Assembly: GCA_051530055.1 (NCBI GenBank)
Contig: CM121341.1
Coordinates: 1,116,001-1,180,000 of the forward strand
Length of the DNA: 64,000 bases
From: Neoechinorhynchus agilis
Lineage: Eukaryota > Animalia > Acanthocephala
Direction: 5' to 3'
This document shows, in pieces, positions 21,821 through 33,005 of this stretch (its first letter is position 1; every line of letters starts with the position of its first letter). The position numbers and the translations under genes were made by a program. Below the pieces are notes generated by a model that ran no database searches, was not told the DNA's origin, and saw only the letters and a list, made by a program, of their open reading frames with translations.

Positions 21821-24724
21821 TTATATAGCCTGCATTCCCATCGACTCCGGAAAGAGTTGATGATAGTTGCTAAGAGGCAGATAGTTTGCTTGGATCAGAC
21901 GGCCGTCATAGTACCTTCCATGAAGAACATTAACACAAGCTTTGGCAACACTTAGAGATGGGCACTTGATGTAAACGTTTCCAGATTTGGTGTCCACGTA
22001 CAAATGGCAGATACCTCCTTGCTTATTGCACTCGCTAATGACGCCATCCCGGATCTCCCGGACGCTTTCATCCGTAAATGTCGTTGACATTGGATCGAAC
22101 ATGTTGCTTAGAATAAAGCACTCGGTACCGACAGAGGAGCCGGTCGATGGTATGTAGTGATGAGGATTCGCACTTATTGCAGCCGAATAGTTTAGTGCAC
22201 TTATCGCGTCTTTTGGCATTTGAAGACCACTTCCATCAGCGAGTTTAGCCATTAACGCTAAACGCCCAGTGGCGCCTAACGGAATCCCGTGTTGATCCGT
22301 TTCTTCGGAGTCCAACAGACCAAGATCATCCACCAAACCAGCATTAGCACCTCGTCCGTTGACGTGGGCTACTTTTATAGGACGACCAGCGAGTTCAAAT
22401 CCGTTCAATTGCTCTAAAGAGACTCAGTGCTTGTGACGATTTTCTTGGAAAGTTTAATGATAAAAAATAATGTACATTTCTCGGAGAACGGAAAAGAGAG
22501 TAATTTTAACGGTTTCAAAGAAAATGGTACACACAAAAAAGTGGTTAATCCGCGGAAATTAATATATATTGCAAAGACAGTTTTTAGAACGAGTTGATCG
22601 TGCTTTGTTGAAAACAAAAAAATGAAGTTCTCGAAGAAAATGGTACACAAATGAAATCCCCGGATGATCTGCCTTGAACGCTTTGATTCCGTCTCTAAAA
22701 ATGAAGACTAAACTGCGTAAATAGAAATGAGAGCCGTTCAAAATCCACAAGTGATCACGAGTACAATAAAAATGGTACACAAGTATAATCCCGGGATGAT
22801 CTGCCTTGAACGCTTTGATTCCGTCTCTAAAAATGAAGACTAAACTGCGTAAATAGAAATGAAAGCCGTTAAAAATCCACAAGTGATCACGAGTACAATA
22901 AAAATGGTACACAACTGAAATCCCCGGATGATCTGCCTTGAACGCTTTGATTCCGTCTAAAAATTAAGACGCAACTGCGTAAATGGAAATGAGAGCCGTT
23001 CAAAATCCACAAGTGATTACGAGTACAATAAAAATGGTACACAAATAAAATCCCCGGATGATCGGCCTTGAACGCTTTGTTACGTCTCTAAAAATTAAGA
23101 CACTTCTGCGTAATGAAATGAGAGCCGTTCAAAATCTGTACACATAAAAAGTAAGCCGTTAAAAATCCACAAGTGATCACGAGTACAATAAAAATGGTAC
23201 ACAACTGAAATCCCCGGATGATCTGCCTTGAACGCTTTGATTCCGTCTAAAAATTAAGACGCAACTGCGTAAATGGAAATGAGAGCCGTTCAAAATCCAC
23301 AAGTGATCACGAGTACAATAAAAATGGTACACAAATAAAATCCCCGGATGATCGGCCTTGAACGCTTTGATTCCGTCTCTAAAAATTAAGACCAAACTTA
23401 ACTGCGTAAATGGAAATGAGAGCCGTTCAAAATCCACAAGTGATCACGAGTACAATAAAAATGGTACACAAATAAAATCCCCGGATGATCGGCCTTGAAC
23501 GCTTTGATTCCGTCTCTAAAAATTAAGACCAAACTTAACTGCGTAAATGGAAATGAGAGCCGTTCAAAATCCACAAGTGATCACGAGTACAATAAAAATG
23601 GTACACAAATAAAATCCCCGGATGATCGGCCTTGAACGCTTTGATTCCGTCTCTAAAAATTAAGACCAAACTTAACTGCGTAAATGGAAATGAGAGCCGT
23701 TCAAAACCCATGACTGATCACCAGCACTGGCTCATATGGCCTTTTTCGCATCATCGCCCCGGGCATAAGTTACAAATCCAAATCCTCTCGATCTGTTTGA
23801 ATCCGGTTCTCTCATCAGACTAATACTTTCAACCGTACCGAACGGTTCAAACAACCCTCTAAGCATGTCTTCATTAATATGAAAATGAAGAGATCCAATA
23901 TAAAGTTTGATTGGTCCAGTACCACTTGCATTACCTGCTGAACCAGTGGTTGCCGCAGCCAGAAGACTACTTAGAGCCCGATCGCGATGTTCTCCCCTAG
24001 CAGCAGCATTTAACATTGGCAGCAACACGTTGGCTTGTCGATTTTTTTCCGCATTACTTGGCTTTACAATGATCGGTACTCCGAGAAGAGTTTGACCACT
24101 CATGGCAATCGCAGCAGGTACCGATTCCACTTGCCTAAATTCAACATACGCAACTCCTTTGGATTTTTTAGTGCGTGGATCTGTTATGAGACGAACATCT
24201 CTTACTTTTCCTGCTTGTTCAAAGAACCGTTCAAGGTCTCGTGGTCTTATCCTAGCTGCCAACTGCATGCAAAACACTGTGCGTATATCCCGTTGTTCAG
24301 TTGACAGTTCCGGACTGGCTTCTTTGCTCCGCGGAGATTTGTCTCGACTCGAAGACCGTCTATCTCGCCGATCTTTACTTCTAAGACCGACGGACCGGCC
24401 ATCGTTAGATCTGCTCCGTCTATATCGATAGCCTCTGAATCGAGGAGGTGTTCGCCGATACCGACGAGGCGAATACCGCCGGGGACTACGGATTCGTTTG
24501 TCATGTGGAGATCGAGATCGACGTCTCGAATGTCGCGAACTATTACGATCCGAAGGAGATGAACGTCGTCGATGACGTGGTGAACCACGGTGCCTTCGTG
24601 GTGATTTGTCGCAACTCGAATCGCGATTCTTCTTTTCCTCGGCGATCTTTTTTCCTTCCAATGCTTCATCAAGAAGAGCTTCAACGTCGATATCATCGTC
24701 TTCACCAATTGCTCTTGAAGACAT
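21821..24724 (-). CDS. RBM39: RNA-binding protein 39 (CAPER/HCC1): RS domain, two RRMs, UHM; exons about 24724-23735 and 22414-21821
   Basis: DDIDVEALL, RS repeats, RTVFCMQLAARIRPRDL, KSKGVAYVEF, LYIGSLHFHINEDMLRGLFEPFG, EQLNGFELAGRP, CFILSNMFDP, LHGRYYDGRLI. Confidence 0.95.
22415..23734 (-). other. Candidate non-canonical intron of RBM39 (TA direct repeat; exact ends ambiguous)
   Basis: Removal gives AKKAI|EQLNG. No GT at the junction. CAGTGCTGGTGA (23729-23718) matches the inverted copy at 22425-22436 at 11/12 positions. Confidence 0.65.
22615..23708. repeat. Tandem array, 130-137 bp unit, about 8 copies, inside the RBM39 insert
   Basis: Anchor AAAATCCACAAG at 22740, 22872, 23002, 23162, 23292, 23429, 23566. 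Confidence 0.95.
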
Positions 24725-25864
24725 GTGTCTAAAATCCTAAACATCATGGAAATCAGCCAAAACAAGGGACTTTGGAACGGAGAGTGGAAGCGTCTTATGC
24801 TTGAAAGACCTTTTTTGAACATAGAAACCTAAATTCGTCATGGTAAGTTGGTTTTTTTGGTTTTTGAGCGAGTCGGTTTGCCCAACACGAGACATGGAAA
24901 CCTTTTATTTGATAGATCGTTCAAATTCATTAGAGAACACGAGTAGTGCTGGAGCAAATACCTAAAGTGTAAACAATGTGAGACGTGGATACAAAAACAT
25001 CACACAACATAAACAGACAATTAAAAACAAACAAAGAGACGTTCAAAATGCGATCAATACTCAAACATTATTTTCAATTACTTTATTAAAGAATCTTTTT
25101 AAAGTGCTGCCGATTTACCTAGACAAAAAGAAAATTCTACCAATGAATCCAACGATTTTACGATAAATTGTTTTGAAAAAGTGCAACAAAAATTTAAGAC
25201 GAACGAAACTTGGTTCACCTTCATTAATTTAACGCTAAAATGCGACATACACACAAGCACGCGTATAGATTTCCCAATATCGACAAACTTTGTGATTTCA
25301 TCGTATTTGGCTCCGATTTACTTACCGTAACGTTGTCACATTTGACGATGTTATCCAATGATCGTTAGTTTTGTTGTTTGAACAAAAGACTTGGTCGATT
25401 TTGTTCGCTTCATTCATTATAAATCGTCATAACAAAATCCGATGAGTTTTTAGATCAATTATCAAAACTGCAACTAAAGCGTCGAACACCAACACTACGG
25501 AAACCAATGAAAATATCATCGATCGCACATCCACAACCACGAGATCTCGAACTATTCGACCTGCAAATTGAGAAAATGGACTCCGAACAACTTTGACCTG
25601 AACATAGAGCAACAAAATCAAATAGAGACTGCACTTACGAATTAGAGAAGGTGGAAAGAATTGAATATGATTCTTCCGTAGTCTCAACGTAGATGCGTCA
25701 TCGATTTTTAAAGTGCAAACAAAGCCAATAAATCAGAATTTAAAGTGCTTAGAGGTCAATGAGAGTGAAGATGGGATTGAACAGGGATGTCCGATTAAAA
25801 TAAGAGTTACTCAAAATATCTCGATCGATGAATTTTTTCTCGTTTTTTTAAATAAATATTTATA

Positions 25865-26190
25865 CACACTCACGCCTTCGCTCTTGATCACTCAGCTACC
25901 GTCCTGGTGTAATGGTTGAAAGGACGGATGCAGCGTTCGCAGTTTTGCCCTCGGATCATCAGTGATTAGTCTCAGTCTCTTGAACGCCACGGTACACAAC
26001 GACCTGAGCGTCTCGACGCCAAAGGGAACGAAATAATGATTTCGACCCAAATCCTTGTATTTTGTGTTGCTCCCCCTGGTTTAATAGTCTCGTCACGGAA
26101 ATACTGTGACACCGTCCGGCCTACGACGGCCATCGAGTCGGCAAAGATTGCTCGGCTCGCCTCGTCTAATTTTGTCAGCTTGCTGTGTAC
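25865..26190 (-). mobile_element. CRE-clade 3' fragment (family B) with internal deletion
   Basis: EPSNLCRLDGRRRPDGVTVFP joined to the same 3' end as 10175-10370. Confidence 0.8.
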
Positions 26191-26539
26191 AGAGGCAATC
26201 GAATCCACGAGTTCCTGTGCTATCCGTATTGGCACTGCACTTGCATGTCATTCCCCATTTGACATTTTAAAAATAGGTTTTGCAAGACAAGTGCAATATA
26301 TAAGCACAAATCAAAGAAATACGAAGGCAAATACCCAAAACAATGGAGAAATCTTTTGAAATTTTATATAATGATAACATGAGAATAAAATTAGCCGAAG
26401 CACTGATAATCAGGCACGATATACCTATAATTAATGTAAAGTTAAATGAGATGTATAGTAGTCTCCGGCTATAAAGCTAATCATCTTTACAACGTCAGTT
26501 ATGAACGTATTTTACGAGCTGCGCCTCAAACATTGAATC

Positions 26540-26735
26540 TGAAGTTACCTCGACTCTGGACTCATGAATCTCGCGTATGGTACGCCGAAACCGAAGCTCA
26601 ATTCGCTCTTCGAAATATCATAGCGGATGAAACGAAATTCTATTATGTGATTGCGGCCTTCGATGAGGATCCCACCGGGCGAATGATCGATTTGGTCGCA
26701 ACACCACCTCAACAAAACGAATACGAAGCGCTGAA
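26540..26735 (+). mobile_element. Gypsy gag 5' part
   Basis: LKLPRLW...EAQF...TKFYYV...PPQQNEYEALK. Collinear with the gag continuation at about 33005. Confidence 0.8.
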
Positions 26736-26744
26736 AGTGGCCCC

Positions 26745-27000
26745 TTTTATCACAAATGATCCCTGTGAGACTTCTCCATTTCATCCATCCGTTTTGAATC
26801 CCGGCGCTTATTTCGGCTGTCATGTCGTTTTCCCTCGATATGGATGAACTCAGATATTTGTAGTTCTCAGCTTTGTTCAGTTGCGTATCTTGTAAGCAAA
26901 TGCTTTTCGGTCCGACATAGACGGTTTTATCCTTTGAGATATGTAGGCCATTTCCTTCCAGGGCCTCTCCATTTTTCCGGGTCTTGATGTAGTTCTTGGC
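26745..27000 (-). mobile_element. RTE-clade RT fragment
   Basis: GLHISKDKT...YKYLSSSI...EISAGIQNGWMKWRSLTGIICDKR. Confidence 0.75.
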
Positions 27001-27096
27001 GTGTATGGCTCGACAATACAATATCTTCAGCAAATAAAATATTGTAAAGAAATTAATCATTATTGTTTCAATTTCAATTAGCGATATTCACTCAGA

Positions 27097-27234
27097 AATA
27101 CATTTATATTGAAAATTTTCGGCCTTTTCTTTGGCCTTCTTCAGTCAGATTGCTTGTAAGTTTTTAAATATTCACAAGCATACTGACTGAAGAAGGCCAA
27201 CGAAAAGGCCGAAAATTTTCAATATAAATCGTAT
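27097..27234. ncRNA. Inverted pair of minimal hammerhead-ribozyme motifs (one per strand)
   Basis: + strand: ATACTGA-CTGAAGA-A-GGCC-AACGAAAA-GGCC-GAAA-ATTT-TCAATAT (27179-27224). A near-identical copy lies on the - strand (CTGAAGA at 27143-27137). Activity not shown. Confidence 0.65.
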
Positions 27235-27359
27235 TATACCGAAAAAGTGGCTTCTACAAACCTATTTTAATTTCTCAATCCTCTCTATTCCAAGTCGCTG
27301 GACACGACGTTTTAACTTGGGAGCTCGACAAGAACGTTCTGTTATCGCGAAAGTTCAAA

Positions 27360-28960
27360 TTGGAATGGTTAAATGTTAGTCTCTTTAATGCTGCTACCCG
27401 CTTTTATCTCTCTGGGTCAAAATCCACTGAGCTTAAAGATATTAACAATTTTTTGGCTGACACTAGTAACAATTTCCTTACCACAGTTAGGAGATCAGTA
27501 GGAGTACCTCGGAAATCCAACCTATTATCCCTTTATGGTAGGGAACTCTTTAAAGCTAAGGCAGCGGGCGACACTAGATCCTGTAAGTTTTGGTCATCTC
27601 TTTACTGGCCGTGCAAGGTCAGATTCCAGATCGCCCAAGATCGCAAAATGATCAGCAAGTATCTACCCCATTCATCGGAATGGTGGAGAGTTGTAAACCG
27701 GAAACGCTCCTTCCCCTGGAAAAGGGCAGCTGCAGCCTGGATTAGATCTTCAGGCTTTGATACAGTCATCAGGGCGCTTTGTTCCGAACACTCGAATGAG
27801 GCCAGTCCGATCCCCATAGCCAGTAACTTCATACTTCCCAAACCACGGAGAATTGATCTCACCAAAAAGGATTTTTTACAGTGGTGGACCTCTAAGAACC
27901 TCACCTCATGCAACGGCTCTTCAGCCTGTTTTAAAGCAACCAACGTTTTGAGCAGGGATAACATAGCATCCTTGGCCAGTGTCATGCTACTAGCCTCTCC
28001 TGAAGAATGGTCAGAAATTAATATTTCAAAAAGGATTTTCCTACGCAAGGGTAAGGTTCGATCAATATCTTCTTCGGGAAATGTGAGACCAATCTCTATC
28101 CAAAACTCTTTGGTTTCCATCTATGAGAGAGTCTTGGCAAACGGATTGTCGAGTTCTCCTGTGAGCATGATCTCATCGATAGACGATGCCATGGTTTCGT
28201 TCCCGGCAGATCAGTTCATTCCGCTATGAACGAAATTATACGTAATTTTGGACAGAACCGTCGTGCCATGAATATCTTGATTTCGTTTGATATCAGCAAG
28301 GCATTTGACAATATTAATATCGATTTTATCCTAAATATCTTACGCTTTTTTAACTTTCCTTTCAATTACATAGCTAGGGTTCACAATACCCTGAAGTCCA
28401 AACGGTTTTTCTTCTCGGATGATCCCGCTCGCTTGGTTTACTATCAGGTTAAAGGAGTTCCCCAAGGCTCTCCTTTATCACCGATTCTCTTCTGCTTAGC
28501 CTCCCAATAAATTGTTCAAAACTGTAAAATCTGTCGTTCAATCACCATGTACGCGGACGACCTCACCGTGGTTATAAAAGAGGGCAACTATGTGCAAGCT
28601 CAAAAGAAGCTTGCAGCAGTTCTCAATTTCCTAAAAGAAAAACTTCCACACATGGGGCTTGCACTAAATAATAATAAGACCAAGTTTTTAATAAAATCAA
28701 AATCCGTCGTTGGTAAGCGACACATTAGAGACTTTGTCAAGAGGTTTTTCGCCCTTGATTTTTTCCCGGTTTTTCATAGACTCAACATTCTGGGCTTTAC
28801 CCTCAGTAGTAATCTGTCATTCTCGGCTGACCTGAATAAGATGAAACGACTCTTCAAATGTGCTAATGCCAAAGCAAAGCGTGCTGCCCGACTAGGCCTC
28901 AATCTTAAGTCTAGCAAATCTATATGGAACGCGTGGGCCATATCTGGTCTAGTCTTCTAT
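27360..28960 (+). mobile_element. 5'-truncated non-LTR retrotransposon RT (I/Jockey/R1-like), diverged paralog of the next element
   Basis: VRPISIQNSL, ISFDISKAFD, GVPQGSPLSPILF, MYADDLT, LNILG. Confidence 0.88.
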
Positions 28961-29097
28961 TCTAGAGGACGACCGCCCGAACAACGCCAGAGCTTCCGAT
29001 GCACCTTCCTGAGACTCTGCTCCACTCTCCCTTTCGCATGGGCAAACACCGTCGACTGGACCGCCAAAGTGGATAAATGGACAGCCATCGGCAATGA

Positions 29098-32000
29098 TTG
29101 AAACGTTTGATTGACTCAGTCTTTCTCACATGGTCCTTTGCGAATAAATTTTTTTGGCCCCAAAAAATGCGCACCAATGTTTTGGCGGAGGGTGGCAAAC
29201 GGCCACCCACTTCCCTGAGAATTCCCGTACCTCCGGAGGTTCGGAGTAGTATTCTCAAAGACATGAAGCGCGACAAACAGCCATCAATCACTGATTCAGG
29301 ATCGAATCCCACTTCTCAGTTCCTGTTGGAAGGGTCCCTTTCTGATGAAATCCCCCAACAGCTGACATCTTCATTCAAAACTCAACGCGAGTACCTAGCC
29401 CTTCCGGTCAAGAGATGGCCGTATATACTCACAATCAAGTCAAATCCGATTATGCCTAAGGACGTAATCTACAACCAAAGCGTTGCTCCGTGGACGCGCT
29501 CATTCCATAACGATGGAGTTAAACGAATTGATCGTATTACTTATTTCGGAGGTATTCTGAGAGTGTACCTAACGGACAGTATTTGGTTATCCAACTTGAA
29601 GGACTTTGTTAAATCCAAGCTTCCCAGGGATGTCTTCTCGGTGGAAGAGATTACTCAAAGGGTACAGTTCATGGCTAACGGTCTACAGCCCAATTTAGCT
29701 GCTGAAGACAAAGTAGAGTTCGAAAAACTTTTCAACATGAAGATAAAATTTTTCCTCAACTCCAGAAGGTCTGGCACTCCTATCTCGATAGCGATGGTGG
29801 AAGGATCCAGGCAAGTTAGGAATGGCCTCTGTAAAAAAAATGCACTGTGCCTTTAATTGTTTTGCGATTCGATTCACACAGAAATCGGGAAGCCATCAAG
29901 ATGACTATATTTTTCCTCACTGCAACCTTTGCCACAAATGGGGACACTGGGTTCAACATTGCCCCAATCCGGATTCCCCGAAATGTGTTCACTGTGCTGA
30001 GACAGGTCATTCTGCTCAAAATTGCCCAAACAAGTCAATCAAAAGATGTGTCAATTGCAATGGACAACACTCTGTATTTTACAAAGGATGTCCTGAATTC
30101 AAGAAGTATTGGAATTGGGCTCAAAACGGGCAGCCCTTTGCTAAAAAAAGCGATAGCGCCGGGTGGAGACCGGCTGTCGCAGCAAACTCGTTCGCGGTGC
30201 CTCTTCATAGAGCAACCCCCCTTTCAAAAGATACAACGATCTTGAAGAGCTGGGACTCTAAAGACTCGCATCGCTTACCTCCATCGCAGTTGGTCACCAT
30301 GGAAATTCTGGAGGAACGTTTAGAGGAGTCTTGTAACAAACTTCATCGTGGCTTTTGGGAGGAAGCTGAGTACACTCATTGGGAACTTGGTCGATCTTCC
30401 TGATTTGATTTCATCGAGTTTACCTAGTCAACGTGGTGCAAAGCTAAAAAGAGCGAATGCGACGGAAAAAACTCTCATGGGGCCAAGAAACTCAATGTCG
30501 ATTCTAGTATAAACCACTCAGATATCGAGGACGTCGTCATGGAAGTCGAAGAAATCGACTCTGAATATGTTAACAGGATCATTAACACTCAATCCTCGCT
30601 CATTAACAACGGAACTGCGGCCCTAATATCAGATGAAGTCGCCAGAATATGATAACTCGAAGGCACAGGTAATTGTGGGGGATCTCCGGGTGCTGCAATG
30701 GAATTGTGGAGGGCGGCCAATCTTACCAGGCTCGCTCGGTTCACACCAGGCGTTTCCATCATCCTACTGCAGGAAACGAAAAGTATTCACACTCTACACC
30801 AACTTTATAACTATCTACTTCATCTTAACTGTTCAATGTTCTCCTCTTTTATTACTGGCCCATTCAGTCCCGCCTCACAAGGTCTTAGGAGACGAAATGT
30901 CTTGTCGAAAGAGTTTTTGGATTTGAATTTCTGAACTGTAGTCTCAAAATGCTTCTGTACCTATTTGAAGATTTATAGCCTCCTACACCTCACCGGAAAT
31001 GTCGTACTCACTTTTTAAATTTCTCTTTAATCAGAAGTACCTCTCGATTGTTAATTTGTACATCGGACCGGGTTTTATTCATCGTCCATATATCAAAAAC
31101 AAAATCAAATGGCTTCTCAATGCCAATATCGACTTTGTTGTGGGGGATTTTAACGACCCATCTTTAAAATGGTCCAGAGCCATTGTCAACGCAGTCAAAC
31201 CTCTTTACTCTCTAACCCTCCCGAATACTCCGTCTTTCCACAATCTCGTATTAAATACACACTCGTTCTTAGATCTGATAATCTTTAAGAGATATCTTAA
31301 CTTTTCAATTCAATTCGATCGTCAGGTGTCTCTCTTTGACCTCCTAGGGCATGATATCCTTATCTGGTCATTCGGTCCTATGAATGCACTCCGCAAATCA
31401 TATCACATTTATCCACTCAACGTGGCCTTTTTCCGTCTAATCAGCCAAATCGCTCTATCTTCGAGCACCTTACAATCTAATCGGTCATCCATTTTACCGT
31501 CTGTCAATAACATCCTCAATTTGGTTGCTAATACCTTTCTGTTTCGAACGGTAAAGGTTTTCTCTCGTCCTTACGAAAGTCGCTCTCTTCGCTTTCTCGG
31601 ACGCCAACTTTTTCTGGCCAAACGTTCTGGAGACGTACTTCTCACGAAAATCTTATCTAGTCATTATTGGGCAGCCCAATGTCGACAGAGGATGCAACAG
31701 AAAGCAAATCTTCTTAATAGCCTGAAACCCTTTTCCTCACATTGGTGGCACACCTTTCAAAGGAAGAGATACATACCATGGAAATCGAAAATCTCCGGCT
31801 GGTTAAAATCAACGTCTATAGACGATATTCTGGGAGCCATTTTTGCTTTTCATTCAGATGGCTCTGTCAAGGATGCTTTACCCGTGACAATCTTTCGACG
31901 GGTCTTTGCCGGTCGTGTAGATATTTTATTAAGTGACATCCTAAAATTATGGTCCGACAATCCGAAATTGGCATCCTCCAACTCAAGCTCAGGCACCAAA

Positions 32001-33005
32001 ATCTTTACTTTACTTCCCCGGGACTGCATCCTAAGGCTGGCCGAATTAATGCTGAACTGCTCCCCTTATGCTTGGAGAGAGATTAATGTGGCTCGGCGTA
32101 TTTTTCTTATTAAAAATGGGAAAAAGTCAGTCTCTCAGCCTAAGGATCTCCGCCTAATTTCCCTACAGAACCCCTTTGTAACCATTTACGAACGAGCCTT
32201 AGCACTTCGCTTGAGAGCCTTTATAACAGAAAATAGCTGCATATCGACTAATTGCCACGGTTTTCAAAAGGGGAAATCCGTACACTCTGCTTTAACCAAT
32301 ATTTACGATAACTTCACTAACACCAATCTACCCTTGAAAGCATAATGGCTGTTGATCTATCTCAAGCGTTCGACAAGATATCTTTGTCTTTTATTATGGA
32401 GATATTAGAATTTTTTGGCGTCCCTCATAATTTGATCTCCCGAATTCACAATATTCTTTTTACCAAGTCCTTCTTTTACGAGGATGATGCTTCGAAATCA
32501 ACCTATTACATGACCACGGGTGTCCCACAAGGTTCACCGCTTTCCCCGATCCTGTTTCTACTTGCTTCGCAGTATATAGTTAAAAATTTCAAAACCCGTA
32601 ATGTTTCTATAACCTGTTATGCGGATGACTTAACTTTCGTATTCTCTGCGCACAGAGCTTTCAAACTCAAAAGTTTTGATTGAGCAGTGCATCCACTACC
32701 TCAATGTAGTCTTACCTCGTATGAATTTATCCCTCAATCCCTCCAAATCGTTCTGTATCTTCAAGGTTCGCTCAGGTAAACTTCGAAGGGATCTCAAATC
32801 ATTTTTTAACAATCTAATGAACCCCTTGAATCAGAAGCGAGCGGATAATGCCAATACTCCACTAAAATTACGCATTCTTGGACATACGTTAACGGTCAAT
32901 CTGTCACCCAGAACCGATATCAATAAGTTGAAAAGGTTGCTAAAAGTGGGCAAAAAAATGGCCAACCGAGCGATGAAACTAGGCCTGAACTCGTTACAAG
33001 CGCAA
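29098..33005 (+). mobile_element. Near full-length LINE (I/Jockey/R1-like): gag-like ORF1 with three CCHC knuckles; APE + RT ORF2; frameshifted
   Basis: CNLCHKWGHWVQHC, CVHCAETGHSAQNC, CVNCNGQH...C; LQWNC, LLQETK, VGDFN, FLDLI; HGFQKGKS, VDLSQAFD, GVPQGSPLSP, YADDLT. Confidence 0.9.

Noticed and set aside
18115-23708. CRISPR-like arrays
   Set aside because: Units are 130-192 bp and repeat in full with no unique spacers; eukaryotic context; no cas genes.
29822-29856. Programmed frameshift in LINE ORF1 at the A8 run
   Set aside because: The element has several other frameshifts; homopolymer error or decay is simpler.
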